DNA of 64,000 bases from Acidimicrobiia bacterium. Its GTDB lineage: Bacteria > Actinomycetota > Acidimicrobiia > IMCC26256 > PALSA-610. The DNA is taken from positions 963,557-1,027,556 of the forward strand of contig BPGH01000001.1 in the NCBI GenBank assembly GCA_026002935.1. Direction: 5' to 3'. Positions 63,455 to 64,000 of this stretch are shown piece by piece (the stretch's first letter is position 1; each line of letters starts with the position of its first letter). The notes beneath the pieces were generated by a model. It worked only from the letters and a program-made list of their open reading frames with translations. It did not search any database and had not been told where the DNA came from. The position numbers and the translations under genes were made by a program.

Positions 63455-64000
63455 GTGACCGGGACCCGGCCGGGCGCGCCGCGCCACGTCCTCGCGCACA
63501 CGTCCGGTCTCGATCCCGCCCAGCTCGGCGGGATCCGCGCGCTGCTCGACGACGCGTTCGCCGGCGACTTCGACGACGACGACTGGGAGCACGCGCTCGG
63601 CGGCGTGCACGCCCTCGCGCTCGACGGCGACCGCGTCGTGGGGCACGCCTCGGTCGTGCAGCGGCGGCTCGTCGCCGGCGAACGCGTGCTGCGGGCGGGC
63701 TACGTGGAGGGGGTCGGCGTGCACCCGGCCCGGCGACGCCAGGGGATCGCGTCGCGACTGATGCACGACCTCGAGGAGGTCATCCGCCGCGCCTACGACC
63801 TCGGTGCGCTCGGCGCGTCGGACGACGCGGCGCGTCTCTACGAGGCGCGCGGGTGGGTCGCGTGGCGCGGACCGCTCGCCGCGCTCACGCCGGCGGGCGT
63901 CGTCGAGACGCCGGACGAGCGGGGCGCCGTGTACGTGTTCCCGGTCACGCCCGGGCTCGACCTCGACGCGCGGCTGATCTGCGACTGGCGCGACGGCGAC
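63455..64000 (+). CDS. aac(2')-I: Aminoglycoside 2'-N-acetyltransferase-like GNAT (runs off window end; absent from ORF track)
   Basis: AHTS.L...LLDDAFAGDFDDDDWEHALGGVH, GHASVVQRRL, GYVEGVGV, AYDLGALGAS, RGWVAWRGP, CDWRDGD. Confidence 0.85.
   Translation, partial: MTGTRPGAPRHVLAHTSGLDPAQLGGIRALLDDAFAGDFDDDDWEHALGGVHALALDGDRVVGHASVVQRRLVAGERVLRAGYVEGVGVHPARRRQGIASRLMHDLEEVIRRAYDLGALGASDDAARLYEARGWVAWRGPLAALTPAGVVETPDERGAVYVFPVTPGLDLDARLICDWRDGD

Overview
Very GC-rich, gene-dense actinobacterial DNA (probably Acidimicrobiia-like; inferred from furA-katG, ECF41/SigJ, F420-dependent enzymes, an IdeR-type box and many leaderless genes). Many single-base indels break otherwise intact genes and look like long-read consensus errors. 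The window has four parts: (1) 1-22 kb accessory stress, metal and regulatory genes, including an ArsM-like methyltransferase with an in-frame UGA and SECIS-like hairpin, an oxidoreductase-SigJ pair, a PhoPR-like two-component system divergent from a MacAB-type exporter, an iron-siderophore-binding protein, VapBC, a CxxC/RAP-PP leader ORF before a cupredoxin, and a chimeric HD-GYP/nitrate-reductase remnant; (2) modABC with its regulator and furA-katG; (3) a ~23 kb catabolic island of unknown substrate (Rieske oxygenase, BVMO, cyclase, amidohydrolase, ACADs, fused E1, SDRs, CoA ligase, P450, Mo-hydroxylase large subunit) with a TetR-type palindrome in four divergent promoters; (4) LigD Prim-Pol, TesB, methyltransferases, a LuxR/MalT regulator, a serine hydrolase, a VOC protein and aac(2')-I. 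No rRNA, tRNA, CRISPR array or intact mobile element was found. The best candidates for new biology are the selenoprotein methyltransferase lacking the other ArsM cysteines, the putative copper-sensing arrest-peptide/hairpin switch, and the TetR-controlled orphan catabolic regulon. All calls are by eye; no database searches were run.
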